64,000 nucleotides of DNA from the NCBI GenBank assembly GCA_965112155.1, contig OZ218109.1; one strand, written 5' to 3'. Below, in pieces: positions 14,291 through 26,155 of this stretch; positions within the stretch are counted from its first letter, which is position 1, and each line of letters starts with the position of its first letter. The DNA comes from Podarcis liolepis. Lineage: Eukaryota. The notes under the pieces are model-generated. The model was given only the letters and a program-made list of their open reading frames with translations, was not told where the DNA came from and did no database searches. A program made the position numbers and the translations under genes.

Positions 14291-16352
14291 ATATCGGAGA
14301 AAGTGGGACCATGACAGCATGAAGGTGTTTTGAGATAGTAGATTACCCGTGAAGTGCCATTTTGTTTTGTGTTTTCTTACTCTTTGCTTCAACAGCAAAG
14401 ATGGATTTAGCCTTGTATAACTACAAAGTACTTCGCTACCCTCACATTCCGGTATTTTCCCATTTATTATTTCCATTGTGGCTTAATATATATTCTCTGC
14501 TGTCTTATTCACTAATGTATCTCACCTTTTGGAAGACATATTTTCTATAATTCCAGTAGGTTTGGCAAGCAAAGATCCAGTTCCATAGTTCAAGTCAGAC
14601 AAAAACTGCTTATATGTTCCTTACAGACAGCAATAACTTGTTGCTGTTGACTACTTTTGTAATCTTTCTATTCAGTTTTCGCCTCTAAAACATGTTCACT
14701 GATATTTCACAAAAATGATTTTTATCATTTTTATTTTTATTTTTTTAAAAAAAACCCTTTCAAATGCTCTGAACTCTTGTTTTTCATTTTATTTTTAAAC
14801 TGTTGTTTACAATAGTGCTATAAAAAGCATTTAAACAGCGCGCTTCCTCTATTAGGATCCCAAGCTTCTTCAAAAACTCTGAAATAGCTGCGCTCTAAAA
14901 CGATGTATCTTGTTAATTGCCTTTGAAAATGCAGTTGCCTGGTCAATAAAACACAGCACTCGATAAATAATTTACTCAGTTAAGAAAGACCTAATTTAGC
15001 AAAAGGCCTTTAAATTTTTAGTTAATCCTAATTTTATTAATGTTGTCTGGTGTCCTCGTGGTATAACGAAATACTGGGTTATAATCTTTGCTGTATTCTC
15101 CCCCCGACCCCAATTTGTTCTAAATCGGGATTCTTAAATTCTCACACAAATGTCTTCTGCTGCGTGAGATGGGAAGTATTCTATGTGTGACATTGAAATC
15201 GTATTCTGTGTAGATTTTTCCTCGGCCTTCTGCAACCTTCCAGGGATGTTACCATACTTCAGAAACCAAGGTTGGATCTAGACACATTAAAAAAGTGATT
15301 CAGTTAAACATGTTGTAAACTTCATAAAGGGAAATCCCGTTGGCAAAAGACAAGACTCCACAGCGCCATCGGGTGTCACCGTGTTATAATTCATATAAAG
15401 TGTTTTTTCGTTACTAATCTAGCTGAGTCTCAAGACAGAAATAAGTAAATTTTGAACAAATGGTTTAATTACCCCTGCTTAAGCCTTGTATCTCCTGACT
15501 CTAATCCAAATGAGTGGACCCTGGGTGGATCTAAACACAGGGGGAAAACGCTATACATAAGGAAGAAATTAGATGGTTTTATTTTTTATAATAATTTTAA
15601 TTAGTTTTCAGTTACAATAATCCAGTCATAGTTTCATTATAACAATGCCAAATTATAATACAATTACTAATAACAATCATTCAGATGCCAAATTATAGAA
15701 TTTAGGCATAGAATTATAGAATTTAGGTGGCCCCCCCCCGTGTATAAAAATTGATGGTTTGATGATTTACTTTATTTCTTCGTTCTAAAATCTTATTAAT
15801 TTCAGTTACACTCCAATCAAAATAACAATCCCTTAAACAACAACTGCAATGATTTATAAATCTACAGGCAAAGCATTCAAACTATATCCTTGTTATTTCT
15901 GTGTGTGGCTAGAAATTTGATCGTTTTAACAAAAGAAAAAATCTCTATGGAAAACGGTGCTTTAAAATTTCCTGCTCTCTGGCGCCATCTGGTGTTGCAT
16001 GTTTATAACGCATTCAAATCCCTTTTTCTTTAGTAATGTAGCTGATTCCCCCGTCCTGCTCCATCTCTGGGTCAACCAGCAACCATTTTCCTTAAAGGGG
16101 GGGTCAGACATTTCTGTATTGTGGCCTACGCTGGCCTTGTGCGGGTTACAAAATATGTTTGTGAAAGACACCGTGTGTTTTCTATACGAACACTGAGAAT
16201 TTGAGACCAAATCAGTGTTAAACTATCATGGCAATAAATGAGAAGTTGCTCTGGTGGATCAAAATTTTAAAGCAGAATAATTTTTATTTGTATCAGCCAC
16301 TAGCAATAAAATAAAACATACTGAAGATAGAGGTAAATACTTAACTCTAGGA

Positions 16353-16587
16353 CAGGGGTCAGCAAACTTTTTCAGCAGGGGACCGGTCCACTGTTCCTCA
16401 GACCTCAGGCCGGACTATATCTTGAAAAAAAATATGAATGAATTCCTATGCCCCACAGATAACCCAGAGATGCATTTTAAATAAAAGGACACATTCTACT
16501 CATGTAAAAACGCACTGATTCCCGGACCGTCCGCGGGCCAGATTTAGAAGGCAATTGGGCCAGATCCGGCCCCCGGGCCTTAGTTTG
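16353..16587. mobile_element. hAT (Charlie-like) non-autonomous element
   Basis: Same family as 3849; 8-bp TSD CTCTAGGA at 16345-16352 and 16588-16595. Confidence 0.8.
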
Positions 16588-16634
16588 CTCTAGGAAATAC
16601 ATTTTGTGGGTTTACATCAATAATCAAATAATAT

Positions 16635-17400
16635 ATCTTATTCTAATTGCCCCCACTAAAAACCTTGCAGTTTTTGCTGGCACCTGATCATCTTGATCTG
16701 CTAGAAGGAAGGACACAGTAGCAATGTTGAGTGACCTGGCATGGACAATAGGTAAAGGCCGACTCTGGGGTTGCGGCGCTCATCTTGCTTTATTGGCCGA
16801 GGGAGCCGGCGTACAGCTTCCGGGTCATGTGGCCAGCATGACTAAGCCGCTTCTGGCAAACCAGAGCAGCGCACGGAAACGCCATTTACCTTCCCGCCAG
16901 AGTGGTACCTATTTATCTACTTGCACTTTGACGTGCTTTCGAACTGCTAGGTTGGCAGGAGCAGGGACCGAGCAATGGGAGCTCACCCCATTGCGGGGAT
17001 TCGAACCGCCAACCTTCTGATCGGCAAGCCCTAGGCTCAGTGGTTTAACCCACAGCACCACCCACATCCCCGACATGGACAATAGTAGAGGGGTAATAAC
17101 CTCACTCCTCAAATCTTTAGAAGGAGGGCAGGCCAGAAGCACATGAGCCACTGACTCAATACTGTCATCTCCACATGGAAATAACCATTTCCCCAGGGGA
17201 ATTTTTTTGAAAGCGACCCTCGAGTACAGCCGAAGTCAGTACATTCCATCTTGCGAGAGTGAAAGCGCGTCTGCATTTTGGAATGGTCAAATTTTGCAAA
17301 GAGGGTGTGCCAAAGTGTCAAAAGGACTAGGTGGAAAATAATCATACCATGGACAAAATTTCCTTATCGTGGCCGGATAACCTGCGTTCAGGCTGGATCC
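16635..17400 (-). mobile_element. Old RTE-X-like LINE 3' fragment interrupted by a Sauria SINE
   Basis: Degenerate AFTLAR...PCGDDSIESVAHVLLAC and FLLADQDDQVPAKTARFLVGAIRIR segments on both sides of the SINE, homologous to ORF 3103-3636. Confidence 0.6.
16752..17071 (-). mobile_element. Sauria SINE with a 3' internal deletion
   Basis: Homologous to 1541; 12-bp TSD CATGGACAATAG at 16740-16751 and 17074-17085. Confidence 0.9.
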
Positions 17401-17684
17401 AACCCATATTACTTAATTACTTTTATCTTCTCTGCTGCTCCTGAATAACAGCTTTGCTGCCTCACCTCCAGGGCCGGTGTAGCCATTAGGCAGGGGGAGG
17501 TTGGCACCTCAGGTGACAGAAGTCTCCAGGACGGCACCCCGTCACCAGAGCCAATTTTGGGTGAGATCTTGCCCTCCTGAAACTCTTTGCCAGTGGGGGC
17601 GGGGGTGGCAAGCAGTGAAATGGGATGTGCCGCCCCTGCTCACCTCTGCAGACAGGTAAACTACCTTCTTAGAATTGTAGAAAT

Positions 17685-17758
17685 CTTTTGCCCAAAGTGG
17701 GGCTCAAACCCACATCCCTGAGGTTAAGAGACTCATGCTTTACTGACTGAGCTATCCC
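17685..17758 (-). mobile_element. tRNA-Lys(CTT)-derived SINE head or tRNA pseudogene
   Basis: Minus strand GGGATAGCTCAGTCAGTAAAGCATGAGTCTCTTAACCTCAGGG...GGTTTGAGCCCCAC; mutated B box and no intact acceptor stem. Confidence 0.7.
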
Positions 17759-18375
17759 AATGGGAGAGATATTGGAGGTATGTTTTGAGTGCTGGAGATC
17801 TCGGCAGAGTTGAGCTATTCTGTTCTTGGACACAATACATCCAGAATCAAAGTTAGCCAGGGGACTGGACCATGATAAGAACTTTCTGGATATCTGACAA
17901 CTTCATTGTAGTGTATAAAAATACTTTTGTGCAGTTAATGCAGTTTCTGGGAGACTTATTCCAGACGACGTCATCCAGTTTAGTTTCATGCTGCATGTAT
18001 TGCACATTACCCCCAGGCATATGTTTGAGTAGACTACTCCTGGCATCTGTTCAAGCAAGCCCTTAAGGTTTTAAGGAAACCCAAATTGTGTTACAGGCAT
18101 ACGCATGTAACAGTATACACACACCCTCCACACAGACGGTCATACACCTTTTTTACAGGGGCTTTTTCTTGGGGTGTGGGTGGATGCAGAAGTAGGAGAG
18201 ACATGAGTGCTTTAATATCACTCCACAAAAGCTCAAGGCTTTTTCCACTGATGAGTTTGGAGTTACATAACACTTCTCCACTTATTGCAAACCAGGCGTC
18301 ATTCATGCAGTTAGTGGAGGGGAGAGGGAAACAAACAAGATTTTTACTACCCACCCAATTCTGCTCCTCATACTA

Positions 18376-18584
18376 CCGTATTGGCACGAATATAAGCCAC
18401 ACTCCCCCCCCCCCAAATTCTGACCATGAAAAGTTAAAGTGCAGCTTACATTCACAACCTTACGGGCAGCAAGGCAGCGCGGCTCCCCCCCCCCCCCCGA
18501 AGTTGTACAGGTATTGACTTTTTTTCTTTCCCCCCTTCAGTTTTAAAGGTGCAGCTTATTTGCTGCATATTCGAGCCAATACGG
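18376..18584. mobile_element. Tc2/pogo-like MITE (CCGTATT termini)
   Basis: TA|CCGTATTGGCACGAATAT...ATATTCGAGCCAATACGG|TA. Confidence 0.8.
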
Positions 18585-18768
18585 TACTTTTCTTCTTCCC
18601 TCCACCTTTGCAGCAGCTGGTGTGACTGGCAGGGATCCCAGATTCAGCAGATCACAATCATCTTAAGACAGGAATCTGCTGAGTGCTCCAAATTCAATGC
18701 AACCTGTCATATATAGATACAGAGATACAGATACAGATGTATACTTTTAGGCATGTGTATTTGTGTGA

Positions 18769-19415
18769 CTGATCCCATCACCTCCTGGCAAATAGAAGAG
18801 GAAGAAATGGAGGCAGTGAGAGATTTTACTTTCTTGGGCTCCATGATCACTGCAGATGGTGACAGCAGTCACGAAATTAAAAGATGCCTGCTTCTTGGGA
18901 GAAAAGCAATGACAAACCTAGACAGCATCTTAAAAAGCAGAGACATCACCTTGCCAACAAAGGTCCGTATAGTTAAAGCTATGGTTTTCCCAGTAGTGAT
19001 GTATGGAAGTGAGAGCTGGACCATAAAGAAGGCTGATCGCCGAAGAATTGATGCTTTTGAATTATGGTGCTGGAGGAGACTCTTGAGAGTCCCATGGACT
19101 GCAAGAAGATCAAACCTATGCATTCTGAAGGAAATCAGCCCTGAGTGCTCACTGGAAGGACAGATCCTGAAGCTGAGGCTCCAATACTTTGGCCACCTCA
19201 TGAGAAGAGAAGACTCCCTGGAAAAGACCCTGATGTTGTGAAAGATGGAGGGCACAAGGAGAAGGGGACGACAGAGGACGAGATGGTTGGACAGTATTCT
19301 CGAAGCTACCAGCATGAGTTTGACCAAACTGTGGAAGGCAGTGGAAGACAGGAGTGCCTGGCGTGCTCTGGTCCATGGGGTCACGAAGAGTCGGACACGA
19401 CTAAACAACAACAAC
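18769..19415 (+). mobile_element. Bov-B (RTE) LINE, 5'-truncated
   Basis: LDSILKSRDITLPTKVRIVKAMVFPVVMYGSESWTIKK...VHGVTKSRTRLN with one stop; (CAA)n tail; 10-bp TSD ATTTGTGTGA at 18759-18768 and 19416-19425. Confidence 0.95.
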
Positions 19416-20738
19416 ATTTGTGTGATGTCTAAGCCTCAGTCTGAGTCCACACACAAGTTTTTCTGCAGGAGCCAAGTGTTCCTTTTGTGGGCAGACGCTT
19501 TGCTACCCAGCCTTCCAATTTCTGTACTTTGTCATCCCTATGTAGAGTAGCTGCTTCAGAAACAAGAGCACAAATTAAGTCATGTATCCTGCTCTCGAGT
19601 CCCCAGAGGAAGAATGTGGTAAAATGTGACAGATAAAATGAAAAGTGCGCTTGAAATGTCTAATGAGAAATTCTCCCGTGGACATTGACATTTGTGGCAA
19701 AAGGTTACCAATTTCTGTTCTTTAATCAGGCAACTGTCTGCAGGAGGCACGTGGTGCATAGGTGCACTGTAAATTACATGGTTGTTCTTCTGCGGCCTCG
19801 GAAACCGAGGAAAGTAATGATAGATTATTGCTGTAGCAATCCCAGTGCACCTTTTAAGCCTGTGTAAATCTGATGTAATAAAGACGGTTGGCACAAGAGG
19901 GCAGCAGCTCGCCATTAATGTTGATGCTCGGCCTTATTCTTGTGACTATTCTAATTAGTTTCCAAGGAAGAATAATAGTTCTCACACTGGTGATAAAACC
20001 ATTAGACTAGTAATAGCTCTGTAAATTATACGGGGTTCAAAACATGAAACTTAATTTCACTATTTGGAGCAGAGTTCAGTAATCACTTTAGCAGAGATCC
20101 ATGCGGGCAGGGTCTGTATTTCAGTAAAGTTTGGGGATTTTTCAGTAAAGTAGGGGATAGCAGGAAACCAGAGACTTCATCAACATTTGCATGTATTGCA
20201 GTCACAAAATCATGAATTTTAGAAGCACTTATTGTAACTATTTCCCATTTATAACTTGTAATAAATACATAACCCTCCAACAATTCTCAGATGAAAATAG
20301 GGGTGTTCCATTCAGTCACCATCATTATCTATTCTGGGTAGCTTCCAACATATAATAAAACATTTTTAAAAAACGTTCCCTATACAGGGCTGCCTTCAGA
20401 TGTCTTCTAAAGCTTGTACAGTTACTTATTTCCTTGGCTCGGGGGTTACATAACTCCAAAGCGGCTAACATTTCTCCAATGAAAACAGAGGTGTCCTAAG
20501 GAAAAGTGGGACATTCCGGGATCAAATCAGAAACCAGGACGGCTTCTGTAGACCCAGGACTTTCCCTGGAAAATAAGTTGCGGTCTGGGATTTTCTCACT
20601 CTTCAGATGCTGATTGTAGACATTCTGTTACCCAGTAATTTTATATAGGTTAGAGAGCCAGGCTTTCAAAGCACATAAAAGCCAGTCACTTAATGAAGCA
20701 CTAATGCAACATGTCAAATCCAAGTTGTGTGTATTTTA

Positions 20739-21507
20739 TTTCTTCTCCTCCTTTGGCGAAAACTCGTAGCCGAGCAAGATTGTCTTCCATAAACACGGTT
20801 TTAACAATGAGTCCGTAAGTGACTGTGGAGGCCAATTCTGGATCCACACGTCCTTCCACAGTGGGGACATTGGGTTCTGGGTGGGAGTTGATCACGGTGT
20901 GGATTTGCCAAGCGTGCCTTCCTCTTAGCACGTTTATCCCTTGCGTCCTGAGTTCGAGTGTCTTCAAAGTCCATGACACCTTTGGTAAAGGCTGTTTTCC
21001 AATTGGAGCGCCTGCAGGCCAACATTTCCCAGTTGTCAGTGTTTATACAGTGGTACCTCTGGTTATGAACTTAATTCGTTCTGGAGGTCCGTTCTTAACC
21101 TGAAACTGTTCTTAACCTGAGGTACCACTTTAGCTAATGGGGCCTCCCGCTGCTGCCGCCGCCGCACCTCCAGCGCATTATTTCTGTTCTCATCCTGAGG
21201 TAAAGTTCGTAACCCGAGGTACTACTTCCGGGTTAGCGGAGTCTGTAACCCAAAGTGTTTGTAACGCAAGGTGTTTGTAACCTTAGATTTGCTTTGCCTT
21301 GAGAAAGTCTTTAAACCTTTTTTGTTGACCACTGGCATTACGGTTTCCATTTTTAAGTTCAGAATAGAGTAGTTGCTTTGGAAGGCGATAATCAGGCATC
21401 CACACAACATGACCAGCCCAACAAAGTTGATGTTGAAGAATCATCGCTTCGGCACTGGTGATCTTTGCTTCTTCCAGTACACTGGCATTAGTTTCCTGTC
21501 TTCCCAT
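20739..21507 (-). mobile_element. RTE LINE 3' fragment interrupted by a MITE
   Basis: WAGHVVWMPDYRLPKQLLYSELK (21283-21507) and CPHCGRTCGSRIGLHSHLRTH (20801-21025). Confidence 0.85.
21048..21280. mobile_element. Tc1/mariner MITE family A, right end truncated
   Basis: TA|CAGTGGTACCTCTGGTTA start; homologous to 4280. Confidence 0.85.
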
Positions 21508-22470
21508 TTTATTTAGGGCCGGTTGCTCAGAATGAACCCAGGCACCAAGTGAGCCAGGGGGAATTCACAGCCTGGCCTATGCGAGGTTGATTCTTCATTT
21601 GGCATCTTTCCAGTCACCCCAAATTTACTTTACAGCTCCCAATATAGGTGTATTAAGAGTAGACTCCAAATTCCAGTGCTTCCAGCAAAGCAGGACTATC
21701 AGAACAGTAGCAACGAATTTGCTGTAATACTTTTGGCTGAGGCTGAGTATGAAGGGACTGAGGAGTCGGTGTGTTATGATTCTTCTCAAAGCCAGGTGGG
21801 GTGATATTGAGAGAATAAGTGTAACTTTGAAGAAATTAACCATTTTAGCAAGTTCAGAAATGCCACACACATCGGGTCCAAACAGATGTATGTTAAGAGA
21901 TGCTTAAGTTGATTGTACACCCATTATTATTTTGGGGAAGCATGTTCCCCCCCACCCCCTTTTTTTGTAATTTACTAAAAGACAAGTCTTATTAACTCAG
22001 TAGCCAAAGCAGTGTGGAAATGCCTTCTAATCTAACTTTGAAGATGACATTCCGTTTTTAACAATAGATCAAGACAGATTAGTGATTCGTACAAGGGCCA
22101 GCGTCCTCCATTTAGCCCTTGCTGCTACAGTGGTCAAGGGGTAAAAAACTTTCCTGCCACCCCCTAAAAGAAAGAAAAAACACTCTTAAAATAGTTTTGC
22201 TCATAAATGGATGCATATGGGAGAGCTCAAGTGAGAATCATCTTGCCTGGGGCTGTTCAGAGCACCTCCATCTTAAGTGCTTGAAAGATTAGGGGAAACA
22301 GAATGATAGGTCGGCAGGAAATGAAATTCACCCTGCTGTGTAGGCATCTGCTTTTTAGGATATGAAATTCTTGTGTCTTTTAGCAGACCTCCAAAAAACA
22401 ACAACAGCCTGTCATTGTGTCAGTTTGGTAGAAATAATTAGTTGAGATGGCAAGCGGTAGCCCCTGTATT

Positions 22471-22820
22471 TTGTTGTTGTTGTTTAGTCATGTCCGACTC
22501 TTCGTGACCCCATGGACCAGAGCATGCCAGGCACTCCTGTCTTCCACTGCCTTCCACAGTTTGGTCAAACTCATGCTGGTAGCTTCGAGAACACTGTCCA
22601 ACCATCTCGTCCTCTGTCGTCCCCTTCTCCTTGTGCCCTCCATCTTTCCCAACATCAGGGTCTTTTCCAGGGAGTCTTCTCTTCTCATGAGGTGGCCAAA
22701 GTATTGGAGCCTCAGCTTCAGGATCTGTCCTTCCAATGAGCACTCAGGGCTGATTTCCTTAAGAAAGTTTGATCTTCTTGCAGTCCATGAGACACTCAAG
22801 AGTCTCCTCCAGCACCATAT
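22471..22820 (-). mobile_element. Bov-B LINE 3' fragment
   Basis: ORF 22488-22799 KEISPECSLEGQILKLRLQYFGHLMRREDSLEK...; (TTG)n tail on the + strand. Confidence 0.95.
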
Positions 22821-23016
22821 AAATCATTTTAACTATATTCACTCACCCATGAATGTAAAATCTAAGAACTGATAGTGCTTTGTTGAGATAAACTTGGACA
22901 TATCATGGAACTTGGATTTTTTTTTAGTCCTTGGTCTTAGGACTAAAGGCTATAGCAGGACATTAAAAAGAGAATGCCTCTGTGAGCAGCAGCAACATAC
23001 ATATATATATATATAT

Positions 23017-23177
23017 ATGCAGGTTTTGGTGTCTTCGGGTGTCTTCCCGTGTAAGAGTTGGGGTGTCTAGGCGACGTTTCGACGAGGTCTCACTCGCCTA
23101 GACACCCCAACTCTTACACGGGAAGACACCCGAAGACACCAAAACCTGCATTCCTGTACCCGTGAAAATCTACGAAA

Positions 23178-23228
<51 letters not shown>

Positions 23229-23492
23229 GGTTTTGGTGTCTTCGGGTGTCTTCCCGTGTAAGAGTTGGGGTGTCTAGGCGACATTTCGACGAGGTCTCAC
23301 TCGTCATCTTCAGGCTGGTGCTTTCGGCTTCTTGTTACTGGCTCTGTTCCAGTAACAAGAAGCCGAAAGCACCAGCCTGAAGATGACGAGTGAGACCTCG
23401 TCGAAATGTCGCCTAGACACCCCAACTCTTACACGGGAAGACACCCGAAGACACCAAAACCTGCATTCCTGTACCCGTGAAAATCTACGAAA

Positions 23493-23494
<2 letters not shown>
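23017..23494. mobile_element. Penelope-like element inverted pseudo-LTR remnants (two tandem fold-back units in (TA)n)
   Basis: Unit 1 arms 23017-23074/23094-23151; unit 2 arms 23224-23341/23349-23466; each followed by the same 28-nt tail TCCTGTACCCGTGAAAATCTACGAAAGC and flanked by (TA)n; contains a hammerhead core. Confidence 0.75.
23372..23416 (+). ncRNA. Minimal type I hammerhead ribozyme motif (mirror copy on - strand at ~23274-23318)
   Basis: CTGAAGA (23377-83), T, stem II GACGAG/CTCGTC, GAAA (23403-06), TGTC; predicted cleavage after 23410. Stems I and III are minimal and activity is unproven. Confidence 0.7.
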
Positions 23495-23535
<41 letters not shown>

Positions 23536-23669
23536 CAATATGATAGTCACCATCACTGACAAACTTGGTGCTTGAGTTCTAATGAGAGAAATGCTAGAGG
23601 GCTTGTCTGGAAAATCCCAGACAGAAAGCTATTTATGGCTGGGTCATTTTTGAGTTGAAGAGGCTATAA

Positions 23670-24107
<438 letters not shown>

Positions 24108-24249
24108 TAGATGCAGCTGATGAATTCTGATGGAACAGTTCCACGTGGAAGACATTCATCTTTCGCTTTGGCATCCATCAAATCATTTTAACATCAACAT
24201 TTGCCATGACTTACCCACTTTACTGTATTAGGAACCACTTTCTTGACAA

Positions 24250-24420
24250 GTAGTGTTTTTTTCTTCTGGGGGTACGCATACCCCTAAACATTTTGTGAAT
24301 CTTCATACTATTGTCCATTTACTGTATTTATTCTTCTCAATTTGAACTATAAAACGGTGATTTTCTTGAGTTAAAATGAGAGTACCCCTAAACATTTTTT
24401 TACGGGGGGAGAAAGCACTG
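24250..24420. mobile_element. Short MITE-like repeat
   Basis: AGTGTTTTTTTC...GAAAGCACTG with a repeated TACCCCTAAACATTTT; related copy at 27245-27392. Confidence 0.55.
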
Positions 24421-24424
24421 ACTA

Positions 24425-24652
24425 CAGTTGAAGTAGCTTTGGGTTGAGCATTTTCGGGTTGTGTTCCACGGCGACCTGGAGGTAATGGAGCGCGTTACTT
24501 CCGGGCTTTGCCGCTCGCGCATGCACAGACACTCAAAATGATGTCATGCGCGGAAGCAGTGAATCGTGACCCGCGCCGACGCGGGTTGCGTTCGCTTCAG
24601 GATGCGAACGGGGCTCCGGGATGGAACCCGTTCGCATCCAGAGGTACCACTG
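24425..24652. mobile_element. Tc1/mariner MITE with CpG-rich interior
   Basis: Ends GAGGTACCACTG|TA; homologous to 63329. Confidence 0.75.
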
Positions 24653-24990
24653 TATATGCATAGAAAAATCTGACTGCAGAATCTGAAATACGCATATTTA
24701 GAATCTGAAATATTCCAAACAATTCTAAATTTAGAATTCTAAATTCACAGTGACAAGAGTTGAACATGTTTGATACAATACATAAAATGGTCCATGGACT
24801 GAGAAGCAGCAAAAGAATCTGGGGAAAAAAACATATTCTTATGTGTGTAAGAATACGAGAAGTTTCCTTCTTTCGAGGTGCAATTCTTTTTTGTTTTGAA
24901 TGAATATTAGAGGTGTGCTGTATCTGTAGAAACACCAACAGCCTGTTCTTATGCATAATTACTAAGAAATAAGTTTCCAGGGTTCAGTAG

Positions 24991-25296
<306 letters not shown>

Positions 25297-26092
25297 ACTG
25301 GAATTTTTCTCCAACCCTTGCGTTAAATCGTCTGTGATGGAAAGAGCTGCTTATGATTTTGAAGGGGGGGGAGACACGGGGGGGAGGGGAGGAACTGAGA
25401 AAAGAGTAGGGTATTTCTATAACAGATTTTATTCAGTCTTTTATTTCCTAAGATTTTGTTGTTGTAACTTAAGGTATCTTGCTACAGTAGTCAGCTAGAA
25501 TGGGGAATAGCATATTTTAAAGACTGTCATTAGTTCAGCAATAGTAGCTCTGAATTATAGCACCAAGAAGAATGTAAACTACTTTGGCAATTGGAGGGGC
25601 GGGGGGGGGAGGAAACGGGTGTTTGGTTAACTTGTGATAGGTAAAAGATTAAAAACAGCTTAATTTTGTACAGGTACAAATATTTGGCATTTATGTAAAA
25701 GTTCTTTCAAGAAGACTCGCTATATGCTTCTTCTCTTTTAGTTTGGTTTTATTTTGTAAAAAGATGTTGGGAATATTTTCTTTTCCCCCCATGGGAGGTG
25801 GGAGAATTTGGTATTTAACAGACCCCTTTTAAAAATCAGCCATCTCATTGGTTTGAATTATGGGGGGGGGGTGGCTGTTTGGTTGCCTCACCTAGAACAG
25901 GGGAAGTAGTTCATGTATATTCATTTTTCTATGCCAAGTTAACCTTTGTGAAAACAAAAGGTTTTAACTAGGACTTAGGGCAACCTGTAGTGAAATACCT
26001 TAAGCTGTTTAACTGTAAGGCGTGAAATAGGAGTCACTCAGTGGATTGGTTGTATGTTGTGGGCTACCTAAGTCTGCATTTGTTACTGTGCT

Positions 26093-26098
26093 AATAAA
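26093..26098 (+). terminator. Probable UBE2E1 polyadenylation signal (~0.8-kb 3' UTR)
   Basis: AATAAA after repeat-free sequence; a second AATAAA at 26142-26147. Confidence 0.65.
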
Positions 26099-26155
26099 AA
26101 TATGTACAAAAAACCCCCCACCTCTCCTTCTGTCTAATTGAAATAAAGGTTAGTA

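Noticed and set aside
17685-17758. Functional tRNA-Lys gene
   Set aside because: B box and stems are mutated and it matches the SINE head at 44170; treated as a repeat.
18869-19417. 182-aa antisense ORF and its counterpart at 22447-22872
   Set aside because: Antisense reading frames of Bov-B, not host genes.
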